Of a DNA stretch of 64,000 nt, positions 38,401-47,720 are shown in pieces; position 1 is the stretch's first letter; each line of letters starts with the position of its first letter. The position numbers and the translations under genes are program-made. This stretch comes from Ascidiella aspersa (taxonomy: Eukaryota), in assembly GCA_963924565.1 (NCBI GenBank), contig OZ004610.1, forward strand, positions 28,210,001 through 28,274,000, given 5' to 3'. The notes under the pieces are model-generated. The model was not told the origin of the DNA and searched no databases. It saw nothing but the letters and a program-made list of their open reading frames with translations.

Positions 38401-41400
38401 CCCACTTAACTAGTCGATATATTTTTGGACACTCCATAAAACAGCAATCGGGAATTATCTTTCACTATTTAAGAAAATTCACCTTAGTTTTAAAATTATT
38501 TTTTACAATTTTTTTTCATATTTTTTTTTATGTTGTTTAGATTTCATTTATCGTGACATTGAAATCAAATAGGAGTGCCCCAATCTACAGTATTATCTTC
38601 TCTATAGGCTGCTGTAGCTCAGAAAAGGTTGATACTGCTTTAACCTGTTGGCCATCTGATTTGCAAACTCTTTTTTTATAATTTTTTTTCATAATTTTTC
38701 ATATTGTTTTAACTTCATTTATCGTGACATTAAAATCAAATAGTGCCTCAATCTATTATCTTCTCTATAAAGGCTGCTGTAGGCCAGAAAAGGTTTAGAA
38801 ATACTGCTCTAACCTGTTGGCCATCTGATTTGCAAACTCTCTTTTCATAATTTTTTTCATAATTTTTCATATTGTTTTAACTTGATTTATCGTGACATTG
38901 AAAAATCAAATGGAGTGCCGCAATCTATTATCTTCTCTATAGGCTGCTGTACGCCAGAAGAGTTAGAGAAGTACTGCTCGTTAGAGCAGTTTCAGTCGTA
39001 GATATTACTGTGTATTAAGCTTTATCAAGTCGTTAGTCTCAGTATGGTATAATAGATTATTTTGTTGAGGATATTGTCGCCTTTAAGGTATTATTGTGTG
39101 TTCCCTCTAACCTGTTGGCCATTTGATTGTCCCCGATCTTTCGAGAGGCAAAGATAAGCTCGTGCATGATCCGAAGCTGGATCTGGGGCCACCCCCGGTT
39201 AGGAGTTGCCTCCTTTTCACCGGGAATCCCCATGTCGCTGGTCAGGTCCAACTTGCTTCCAAGGAGAGTACCTTGCAAAAGGAGGTTGCACTGAAATAGA
39301 AAAATCGGATTGTAAGTTATATGTGTTAAATTAGGGGACGATCGGTATTGTCGGAAAGCAATCTTTGGATCTTATACTCGATGCCAACTGCTAATATCGA
39401 TATTCGTCTGATACGAAATGGCGTTTTTTTATTTTTTTCTCGCAAAAGAAAACAAGGCTATAGGTCAGGCGTAATAGCAATGCGCATTACTGCATCTATA
39501 TGTATCAGTAGCTGACTTTGATTGTTTCTCCACAACAAGCTATATAATTAGGTGAAATGCAATTGGCTGTATAACAAGTTTAGTATTTTTTGATAATTGG
39601 CTGAACAACAAATGAGGTATTTTTGGTGGGCTTGCGTGTCATTTTTTAATAGTGCCGCCTGTTGGACACCCCTGCTATAGGCTGTTGGGAAATATTGATC
39701 ACACAAATGTAAGGAAGTTCTGCGGCAAAAAACGCAAGCAAAACACTGTCAAGCCGTTTACGTCAATTTCATATTTTAAGTTTGAGTTGATCTTGTTTTC
39801 CAATCTTTACTGCTATATCAAAGTAATATAGGAATTTCAGCCATGACTGCGATATAAAACAGCACTTGTACGTTAATCGGTAATAAAAAACGTTTAAAAT
39901 TTAACGATTTTGCTTTTTGGAGCATAGTTGTGATGTTATTTGGTATCGGCGTTACTTTTCGCACAAAATACTTGTTATCGGTATTGCAAGAAATATATCT
40001 ATCTTGAATGTTTTTTTATATAGACAGAGGTTGTTAAAGTTTGGTGACCAAGGCCAGAGTTTGAGTGGCCGAAATTTAGAACTTGTTCCCCGGTAGATAC
40101 CTTTTTGCAGTAGTTGGTAGTATTTCGACCGGGGCCAAAAAACTGATAGCTTTCGTGAGATCTTTAAACATAATTTTTAAAACCTTTGACAGAAAATTTG
40201 AATAGCACAGCTGAACAGGTGGGAAAATTAAGATTCTGTCAAGATGATAATGTTACTTTTATCGTTATCAGATTAATATTAATATTAGAATAAAACACAT
40301 TTGACAGATCCATACTTCTAGACAAGAAATTTTGTTATGTTTTTATTTTTGATTGAATTCAACAAAAAATTCTAAACAATAAATCACATTAAAAAAATAA
40401 AGCATAATGGTTTTGGGGTTGTTGTAAGACGTAATAAGAATATCAAAACCCACACAGCAGTAGGCATCAATTTGAACGTTTCTAGAGTTATACGAAACGT
40501 TCAAAATAATACCTACTTTTGTATGGACTTTGATTTTCTTATTACAACATTCAAAATGTTTACTTAAATAATACCAAAACACTGCCATCAAGTTAAAAAA
40601 TTTACCCCAAACCAGTCGGGTTGCTCAAGGTTGGGTGCCACACATTGCATGGCTGCTATTCGCTTGTAGAAAGAAGACTTTCGGTGGAAGTTGATCTTGT
40701 TGTACAAGTTCGCCATGCAATCGTACCTGACAAAAAAAGGATACACAGATATATGAAATAAGCAGTTACAACACATGGCCTTTGTTTTATCAGATGCCAC
40801 ATTTCAGGTTATTTTTTAGAACAATTCAAATTATAATATGAAAAACAATTTGCTTTCTGACAAGATCATAAAAAAGTTGTGTTTTAAAAAAAAGTACTTT
40901 TACATGTTATACGCCAAACACTTTTTAGCTTGTTATTTATTTTGCATACTTTATTATTCTTTCGGCATGTGTGATGTCCAGCCCGATGTAAATGGCATTC
41001 TGGATGAACTCGGCAGCTTTTAAGGGTTTGTTTAAAACCGCCAGCACTTTAGTCGCTTTGATGCAAGCCTCAACCTCCACTATGGCCATATCTCTGCACT
41101 GCAAAATATAAGAAAAAAGCTTTCTCTGGAGACACTTCACTGACACAAAAAGATCAGTTCCATAAACAGATTTGTATGGAAAAAAATACATTATATGTTT
41201 TGACACAAATTTGACCATTTAATGTGTATTTGATACATTTCGAAAAAAAATATTCTATTTAAAATTATAAATGCCTTCACCAGCACCAGGGCTGCGGAGT
41301 CGGTTAACAAAAACCCGAGTCCGACTCCGGCAAAAAAATAAACCCGAGTCCGACTCCGGTCAAATGTGCGATTTCGTCGAGTCCAGAGTCCGGCCATTGT

Positions 41401-44400
41401 TCTAGAGCCTGTATTCCGCCAATTTTCGTAACTAAAATAACGTGGATATTTCAGAAATCCATTTTTTTTTCTGAAAATCTTATAGGGGTGTCGTATAATT
41501 CATTCACTCACAATACATGGTGGAAAATATTCCACCATATGCTATTCCACCTTTACAACTTCCAGTTGGCGGCCATATCAGTTTTTAAATTTGGTACTAC
41601 TCATGCGCATGTCGGACTCGGGACGGTAGTTTTACGTGCTCTTACTCGAGTCCCCGAGTCCCGAGTCCGACTCTGAAGCCCTGGTCAGCACAATAGAAAA
41701 CAGTTTGGCAATTCGTTTTAATACAGGACTTTATGAACACATAACCTAGGCCACACAAAAAACATATTCAATACCTTCTAAAAATATGTTTTTTACAAAC
41801 TTTTAAATAAGCACATCGATTCAAAAATATCTAAAGATTCAAAGACTAGGTGTAAACCATGCAAACTAATGAATCATTAAATACCCTTGTGTAACAGATA
41901 ACGGCATCTTTGTACTTTTCGACAAGTTCGTCTTCAGACTGGATGCAGTTTTTCTGCAGGTGGGCGAAGGAAGGGGCCCCGGTAACATTGGAAGACATCA
42001 GGTTTCGTGGATCGAGGGTTTGCTTCTGAAATTGGACAATAACCGAGACATTTACATAACTTAATTTTTGGGTAATAGTCATTTTTTTGGTGCCCGCGGG
42101 TGTTAGTCGCCTTTGCATAACATAATTTTTTGGTAATTGTCATTTTTTAGGCTATGATATGTTTATTCTCTGTTGTTGTTCTCTCAAGGCAGTGGTTCCC
42201 GAAGTACGGGTTGTAAGTTTGCAACTATCTGCCGAAAATTGGACTGTTATAAATTTTACTTTTTTCTTTCTAGTCCAGTTCTTTCCACACCAAAAAACAT
42301 TTCTTTTTTGTCTTATTCAACTGAATTTTTGCATCATAAGCAGTTTTGGCTGCATTTAAGTCACAATAAATCAAGTATGAGTTCAATTCAAGTTTATTTG
42401 ATTACGGAAAAACAATATTGGAGCTGAATAGTTAGGTAGACAGGTCAGTGGAATATAACGCCACAAAACCATTTTAAACTGTTTGCTATTAAATTCCAAA
42501 AAAATAACACAATTTATAAATGCTAGCTTTATGTGACTTGGGTAACTACATTTGCAGACTGTTTTTACAAAACTTAAGTTTGAGTTGCAAAAGTTTCGGA
42601 ACCACTAACTTAAGGCAGCAAAACAAAGTTAACATCACATTTTTAGGTATGTTAACTCTATAATTTGCACTATACAAAAAATAAATAAAAAAACATTAAA
42701 GCAAATGTTATTTAAGAGAATACTTACAGTTGCTTGAGGCGATTCTTCTTCGGGTTCTGCAGCTGGAAAATCGGAGGCTTCGGGGTAAAGGATAATTGCA
42801 CTTGCTATAGCCAGGCCCTCCAATGCACCTATTTATTTTTGTGATGGAAAATTCAACTAAATGCCATTTCAGGCAACAGCCAGTACAAATTAATTAACAT
42901 TACAGTTATGAACATATACTTATTTAACTTTTATATTGCACATTAACGTTGCATGATGCTATATAAAAAAAAACTAACAAAAATACAAAAATTGTTTTGT
43001 TTTGGGAAAGCTATATGGTATTTTTAAAATAAAGAAATCAGCAGAAAATTGCACCAAATTTATATCAGTAAACTAGAACTAGAAACATTTTTCAGTGTAA
43101 CAAGGGTCACCAATCTACCTTAAATCGTCACCAGATAAACATTATTCAAAATCATTTGAAACTTTGAATTACCAATTATTTTATTAATAAGTAAACCATT
43201 AATCTTAAATCAGGGTTTGAAACCTCAGCAAAGCAAAAAACGCACCTCCAAGCCAAATCTGATCGTTGATGAAGCTAAGAGCGTCAATTGCGATTCTGTG
43301 ATTCTGCAATGCTTCCAATGGAAGTCCAGCAAGCAGACTAACGTCGGCCAGATGCTTTCTCCATCTTCCAAAGTGCTTCTTTTTGTGGTTGCGACTGTCG
43401 CTGTCCGTGTTGGACGATTGGTTGTTCTCAAAAATGGCAGTTATGAGTGGAGGCCTAAACAAACAGCCAGTTGTTTTTAATCTTGCTAAATTTATTATAT
43501 ATAGCCGGAAAAGGCTATTAAAACTTGTATTGTGTTTAAAGTTTATTTCACAAATATGTATGTTATACTATATATATTTATTTTTAGTTTTTTGTCAATA
43601 TAATTAACTAACGTAATGTGGGTAGCAATCCACTCATTGGGGTGTCGTAATAATTCATCCACCCACAATACATGGTTGGAAAATATTTCACTTTAAAAAT
43701 ACATGACCCTGCTCTGGTTACAAGTATTATATTTTTAATTTGGTCATTATGATACACATTTTGTTCACACCTGTCGGATTTATCATTTGCAAGCAGCACT
43801 CTTTTTGATTCAAGTACATAGAAGACCGAAGTGAGAAATTCCTTCATATCACGGTCGGAAGACGTCCAAGCTTCAGCATTAGCAAACTGGGAAACTTCAG
43901 CCTTACTCTGTTGCAACATCACTGAAAAAAACAAAACAAAAACTAGACTGGGCTAGTACAGAAGTTACTTTTGGTTTAATTTGTATATTCTTTTTCTAGC
44001 CATATTAACGTTTTTCTTAATTTGTTGCATTGTATTAGAGCAGGGATGGGGAACCTTCATCGAGCGGGTCACAAACACGACCTTAATCCTTACAAAATGC
44101 GCAAGTGGGTCATACATATAATTATATGCTAATTTTGTGCGAAACTTTGGTGCTGCATCGTTTTAAGTGTTGTTGTCTGGGTTGTTAATTCAAGGTTTTT
44201 AGACGATTTCCAAACTTGGAATCCCCCAAATATTAAGAACCTAAATAGTTAACAATTGCAGCATTTTTTATGGGATTACAGGAGTTCAGCAGAAAGTTTC
44301 TAGCATGGTTTCACCAGGGTTTTCAGAATTTTTAGTCTGTCGCCTCCCTTTGTTTTACAGCGATAAACAAAATACTTTTAGTTGTCTGCTTTCCTGCAGC

Positions 44401-46188
44401 GATTTGTTGAAGTGCACTTAATGTAGGCCTACTCCTCACCTCTAAAACACTTTTGCACGACCAACAGATTGAGCAGCTCTGATTTGAACAGTATACTGCT
44501 ATCTAACGAAGAACTGTTTTTTTTTATATTTATTCTTTCCTGAAAATGACTAATAAAACTTCAATATTTCTAGAGAGACAAGTGGGTCATTAAAAATGTG
44601 TGGTGGGTCACTTTGTGACCTTGGGGTCAGTGGTTTTAGAGTAGGTATCATTCATCTTTTTAAGTTGGCCCAATTTGAATCGTTTTTAATATAATGGAAT
44701 TAAATGAATATTATAAACTTTGGAGGAAAACTTATTTTGGTGCCAACACTTCTAGTTTGCAAATTGTAAACGCTTCTTACCATTGTCTATGCCAAAAATG
44801 AAGCAACGCGAATCGAAGATAAACTCTGCAAAGGAGTCTTTGGTTTTCTGGAACTTCTGATGCATGAGCGCCACATCCATTGCAGTGGGACACCCAGCCA
44901 CGATTACCAGGCCCATTGCTTTGCGGTGAGGCTGAAAGGTACCCCATCTGCAATTATCCGGGGAAACCCCAACCTGAACAAACAATAGTCAACTATTGTG
45001 CACATTGATCCCACAGGTATTGCAAATTTTGGAATGAATTAAGTAGCAATCAAGGCATTTGACAACTAACATAAGCTTCAAGTCAAGTCTTTTGCAAAAA
45101 CTCACTGGTCAAGGCCCAGTCCAATTCACCTGTTGCATAAGTGAAGTACCAGTCTAGTAATTATATGAGAGCAAGTAAAGTCATTGTCATGAAAAAAACC
45201 TCAAAATATTGGTTCACTCTTCCAAATATAAGCAATAGCTTAACAAAAAATAATCAAATCATTACAATACTGAATCCCACTAAAGGAGATCGCAAAATGA
45301 TAAAAATATTAGGAGTCAACAAGGCCTGCAGGATACCAGTTGTTATATTTATTTGCCTCAAATATTTTATAGAATAATCTACTACAAAGCCACTCTTAAA
45401 AATGACAGGGTTTAACCATTTTTGAGATTATTTCTTTGCTTCATTGTAGTGCAACAACATCAGACAGGAATGTATTGTATTTCAAAACTTCTCTTTGCCT
45501 TTCTGTTTTGTAAAATTTACAAATTACAACAGGGGATGGTGTTGAGTGTTGTCTTCAAATGCTACGTGGGTATAAAAATGTGGCTTCGCTTTTGGATAGA
45601 GTAGGACATTAGGTTTTTCAAAAAATATTGCAAAATACAATCTTATTTGTGACACCAATCATTTCACTGCACTTAATATAACTAAACTGTTAAAAAGGCT
45701 GTCAAATTTCATTAGGTCCATTTACAAATTACACAGCTGTTAGTTTTATATTTTGAGAAAATAAAGCATAATTACTTCATTAAAAATACTAAGTGCATGT
45801 TATTACTGAACATGGGGGGTAGCCACATAGACTAAACTGAACAGCAGTGTGGCAATTGATTTGTGTAATGCATCAAAATTACAATTCAGATTAAAGTAAA
45901 CATATATACAATAAAAGATAATCTTTAACAGATTGTTATATGAAAACACAAATATGTGATGTGGCTAACAGGACATATGTTGCACGCCTCTGGTATAGAG
46001 AAACAAATACATACCTGAAATCTGAAGTACACAACCCTCCCTGCATCAGCTATGGCAAGTCTTGTGTGCTTTCTGATTTTTGCCAACACTGCGTCCAATT
46101 CTCGCCCCTGGATATTGCCGATGATTTCAATGTTGATTAGTATCTCGGCGTGGTGGTGAGGCGTCGCAGAAAAGTCAACGATACTCAT
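20494..46188 (-). CDS. TRAPPC9: Trafficking protein particle complex subunit 9 (NIBP/Trs120), 21 coding exons, ~1127 aa
   Basis: Exons 46188-46015, 44973-44781, 43921-43771, 43454-43246, 42828-42728, 42025-41885, 41098-40950, 40726-40606, 39290-39112, 37039-36857, 36260-36130, 35086-34850, 33599-33487, 32827-32763, 31231-30969, 28432-28282, 25601-25502, 24875-24692, 23262-23074, 22358-22234, 20718-20494. All GT-AG and phase-consistent; sum 3384 nt. Motifs WGTFQPHRK, VLESKR, NDQIWLGGALEGL, FHRKSSFYKRIAAMQCVAP, GWPQIQLRIMHEL, YSGG and FQDQMNG match TRAPPC9. Confidence 0.93.
21440..22250. repeat. Degenerate tandem array (units roughly 90-190 bp, poly-C tracts) containing copies of the TRAPPC9 exon-20 donor region
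   Basis: The motif TTTACTTGCATTGA..CAATTATTGACTGAGCTCTGACCTGTTC recurs at ~21605, 21797, 21950 (partial), 22110 and 22193. Confidence 0.75.
24251..24585. mobile_element. hAT-type MITE
   Basis: TIRs CAGGGGTTCTTAAACT / AGTTCAAGAAGCCCTG; perfect TSD CTTTAGTT; sister copy at 36500-36787. Confidence 0.85.
24903..25029. repeat. Perfect 38-bp inverted repeat with 51-nt spacer
   Basis: 24903-24940 TAAGACGTAATAAGAATATCAAAGCCCATACAGAAGTA is the exact reverse complement of 24992-25029; a related single copy lies at ~40424-40480. Confidence 0.9.
25810..27261 (-). mobile_element. 5'-truncated Penelope-like retroelement (RT C-terminal half, thumb, remnant of GIY-YIG C-terminus, 3' pLTR-like region) in TRAPPC9 intron 16
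   Basis: The frame from ~27252 to the stop at 26335 reads FYRQKEGIITGDNHSVSIANIAM..KRFIDDIIFI..VEFLDV..FLHGSSYHPLHIYKSIVLGEASRLRRL..LDECEAKWLKLTRASIN. These are PLE RT motifs (QxxG..G..S..AN, xIDD, FLD, SxHP) plus an E..W..N tail typical of the GIY-YIG end. An AT-rich 3' region carries a hammerhead motif. Outer boundaries are approximate. Confidence 0.85.
25904..25944 (-). ncRNA. Minimal type-I hammerhead ribozyme motif in the Penelope 3' region
   Basis: The minus strand reads ACAAA-CTGATGA-TGCCATTTATAGGA-GAAA-TGCA-TA-TTTGT: intact core boxes, stem I ACAAA/TTTGT, palindromic TGCA in place of stem III, NUH = ATA. Stem II is weak. Confidence 0.65.
27316..27866. mobile_element. hAT-type MITE
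   Basis: TIRs CAGAGGTTCCAAAC / GTTGGGAAACACTG; TSD GAGTAGAC/GTGTAGAC. Confidence 0.75.
29634..30045. mobile_element. hAT-type MITE with a 161-bp MITE (29649-29809) inserted in its left TIR
   Basis: Outer termini CAGGGGTCACC.. / GGTTGGTGACTCTG, TSD ATCTAGAC/GTCTAGGC. The inner element is nearly identical to 53013-53175, with TSD CACCCAAT/CACCAAAC. Confidence 0.75.
30125..30952. repeat. CpG-rich ~92-bp tandem repeat, ~9 copies, abutting the TRAPPC9 exon-15 donor
   Basis: The unit GAAACTTACAGAAAAGCGAGAATCAACCATCACTCGTATTCCAGCAACGCATACGCGTCCGTAAGCG..CGTACGTA recurs about every 92 nt. Confidence 0.9.
31845..31886 (+). ncRNA. Degenerate minimal hammerhead-like motif (probable solo PLE pLTR/retrozyme remnant, ~31660-31890)
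   Basis: ACTGTTAA-CTGATGA-A-GAC-TTCG-GTC-GACA-TCAA-C-TTTCAGT: CUGAUGA box, stem II capped by UUCG, GAAA box altered to GACA, ACTG/CAGT stem I. Confidence 0.45.
32069..32430. mobile_element. hAT-type MITE
   Basis: TIRs CAGTGTTTCTTAATC / GGTTAATAACCCCTG; TSD ATCTAGAG/ATCTAGCG. Confidence 0.75.
33212..33495. repeat. 22-bp minisatellite, 13 copies, derived from the TRAPPC9 exon-13 end and donor
   Basis: Unit TT(TCCT/CCCC)ACCTGTAGCAAAATTA with exact 22-nt period (ACCTG at 33221, 33243 ... 33485); the last unit is the real exon end. Confidence 0.95.
36500..36787. mobile_element. hAT-type MITE (family of 24251-24585)
   Basis: CAGGGGTTCTTAAACTGGGG start, AGTTTAAGAACAACTG end; perfect TSD CATTAGGT. 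Confidence 0.8.
38490..38980. repeat. ~170-bp tandem triplication including copies of the TRAPPC9 exon-9 end and donor
   Basis: Three units with TTTATCGTGACATT..TATTATCTTCTCTATA..GGCTGCTGTA. TAACCTGTTGGCCATCTGATT at 38641 and 38810 copies the real junction at 39108-39129. Confidence 0.85.
41287..41683. mobile_element. hAT-like MITE (GAGTCGG/CCGACTCC family)
   Basis: TIRs CAGGGCTGCGGAGTCGG / CCGACTCTGAAGCCCTG; TSD ACCAGCAC/GTCAGCAC; relatives at 6095-7805 and 6335-6520. Confidence 0.8.
42190..42607. mobile_element. hAT-type MITE
   Basis: TIRs CAGTGGTTCCCGAA / TTCGGAACCACTA; TSD TCTCAAGG/ACTTAAGG. Confidence 0.6.
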
Positions 46189-46560
46189 TTTTGCCTGCAT
46201 AAGAAAGGGAAAGAAATATATAGATAATGATTTTTTACAAAGTTTTATTTTGTAGAGCTTTATAATTGATTAAAAGTTTTGGCAATCCTTCTTGCTTGAT
46301 AGTTATATCCAGAAACTTTTTGCTGTGGCAGTCATTTTTTAAAGGTGTAATATGCAGAAAATTCATGAATGAATGGTTGCAATCTCTAAAAATTGTTGTT
46401 TGACCCCTGTCGCATAGTTCAAAAGCTTTGACGTACATATTTTTATTAAACAACTAATATAACACATCAGAAACTATCCAATAATAAAATATTTATAGTT
46501 TGAAAAAGGCACTGTAAATGCAAGTAGTAAAATAATATTTTTAATTTATATAGAACTTAC

Positions 46561-46616
46561 CTGTTTTATATACCAGAGACCCAGAGTGTTGGCCAAATCA
46601 CATTTTTCTTATAATG
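46561..46616 (-). other. Candidate 5' non-coding exon of TRAPPC9
   Basis: A strong donor CAG|GTAAGT at 46560 pairs with the acceptor TGCAG at 46195; a candidate acceptor CTTCTAG sits at 46617. The exon contains a minimal ATG-TGA uORF. Confidence 0.5.
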
Positions 46617-46847
46617 CTAGAAGTTTAGCAAACTTTTTAACCATCAAAAGTTTAAATCTATAAATTACACAAATATAATTAGGTAAAGCACTTGAATAAA
46701 CCTACAATTTAGGCATTTTTTTGGTTACATAAAAGCATTGTAAATCAAGACTTAAGCGAACAATTTATAACCATCTACTCTATTATTAGAACTGTAGATA
46801 AATCCACATGATTGGAACAAAAAACGGCGAGTCTATTTATTGCAAGT

Positions 46848-47720
46848 TTATTTGTCTTGGAAATTTGCCTTTCGCTTTTCAACAAAGGCCGACATTCCTT
46901 CTTTTCGGTCGTCAGTCGCAAAAGTGGAATGGAACAGTTTCTTCTCAAAGTGGTTTCCCTCGGCCAAAGTAGTTTCATAGGCAATGTTAACGGCCTCTTT
47001 GCCAAGTCCAACAATGAGCTTTGAATTACTCGCAATCTTTTCCCCGGTTTTGATTGCTTCGTCCACCAAACTTTCCTTGCTGACCACTTTACTGACCAGT
47101 CCAGCTTGCAGGGCAGTTTGGGCATCGATGCGGTTCCCAGTCAGCACCATTTCCATGGCCAGGGACTTGCCCACGACCCTTGTCAGCCTCTGGGTTCCGC
47201 CAGCACCAGGAATGGTTCCGAGGAGAATCTCCGGCTGGCCAAACTGCGCCGAATCACCGGCGTAAATGATGTCGCACATCATTGCCAACTCACAGCCACC
47301 TCCGAGAGCAAAACCATTGACCGCGGCAATGATCGGTTTCTTGTTTTCGGTGATCTTCGTCCAAGTGCCCAGAAAGTTACTGGAAATACAATCGACGAAG
47401 GTTTTATTTTGCATTTCTTTTATATCGGCCCCAGCTGCGAAAGCCTTTTCGTTGCCGGTGATTACGACACAGCCAACATCTTTGTCAGTTTCAAAGTTGC
47501 CGAGGGCATCGTTGACATCGCTTATGAGAGCGTCGCAAAGCGAATTCAGCGCTTTTGGCCTGTTGAGCTGAATGTAGCCGACGCAGCCATTTTTCCCCTT
47601 CTTTTCAACAAGAATGTTTTCATAGGTTTTTAAACCATTGGCATAAAATCGAGTGATGCCTTTCAAAGTGGATTGGCCACAAGCAAGACCACGATAAGCT
47701 TTAGCAAGTACTCCAGCCAT
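46848..47720 (-). CDS. ECHS1: Mitochondrial short-chain enoyl-CoA hydratase, intronless CDS (290 aa)
   Basis: Uninterrupted ORF with [67 protein letters not shown] and [13 protein letters not shown]. Basic presequence-like N-terminus from the ATG at 47720; AATAAA 6 nt after the stop. Confidence 0.96.
   Translation of the reverse strand: MAGVLAKAYRGLACGQSTLKGITRFYANGLKTYENILVEKKGKNGCVGYIQLNRPKALNSLCDALISDVNDALGNFETDKDVGCVVITGNEKAFAAGADIKEMQNKTFVDCISSNFLGTWTKITENKKPIIAAVNGFALGGGCELAMMCDIIYAGDSAQFGQPEILLGTIPGAGGTQRLTRVVGKSLAMEMVLTGNRIDAQTALQAGLVSKVVSKESLVDEAIKTGEKIASNSKLIVGLGKEAVNIAYETTLAEGNHFEKKLFHSTFATDDRKEGMSAFVEKRKANFQDK

Noticed and set aside
46984-47633. Plus-strand ORFs of 93-175 aa overlapping ECHS1 (likewise those opposite ATP5PD and the last TRAPPC9 exon)
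   Set aside because: Antisense shadows of real coding sequence, with no recognisable protein features.
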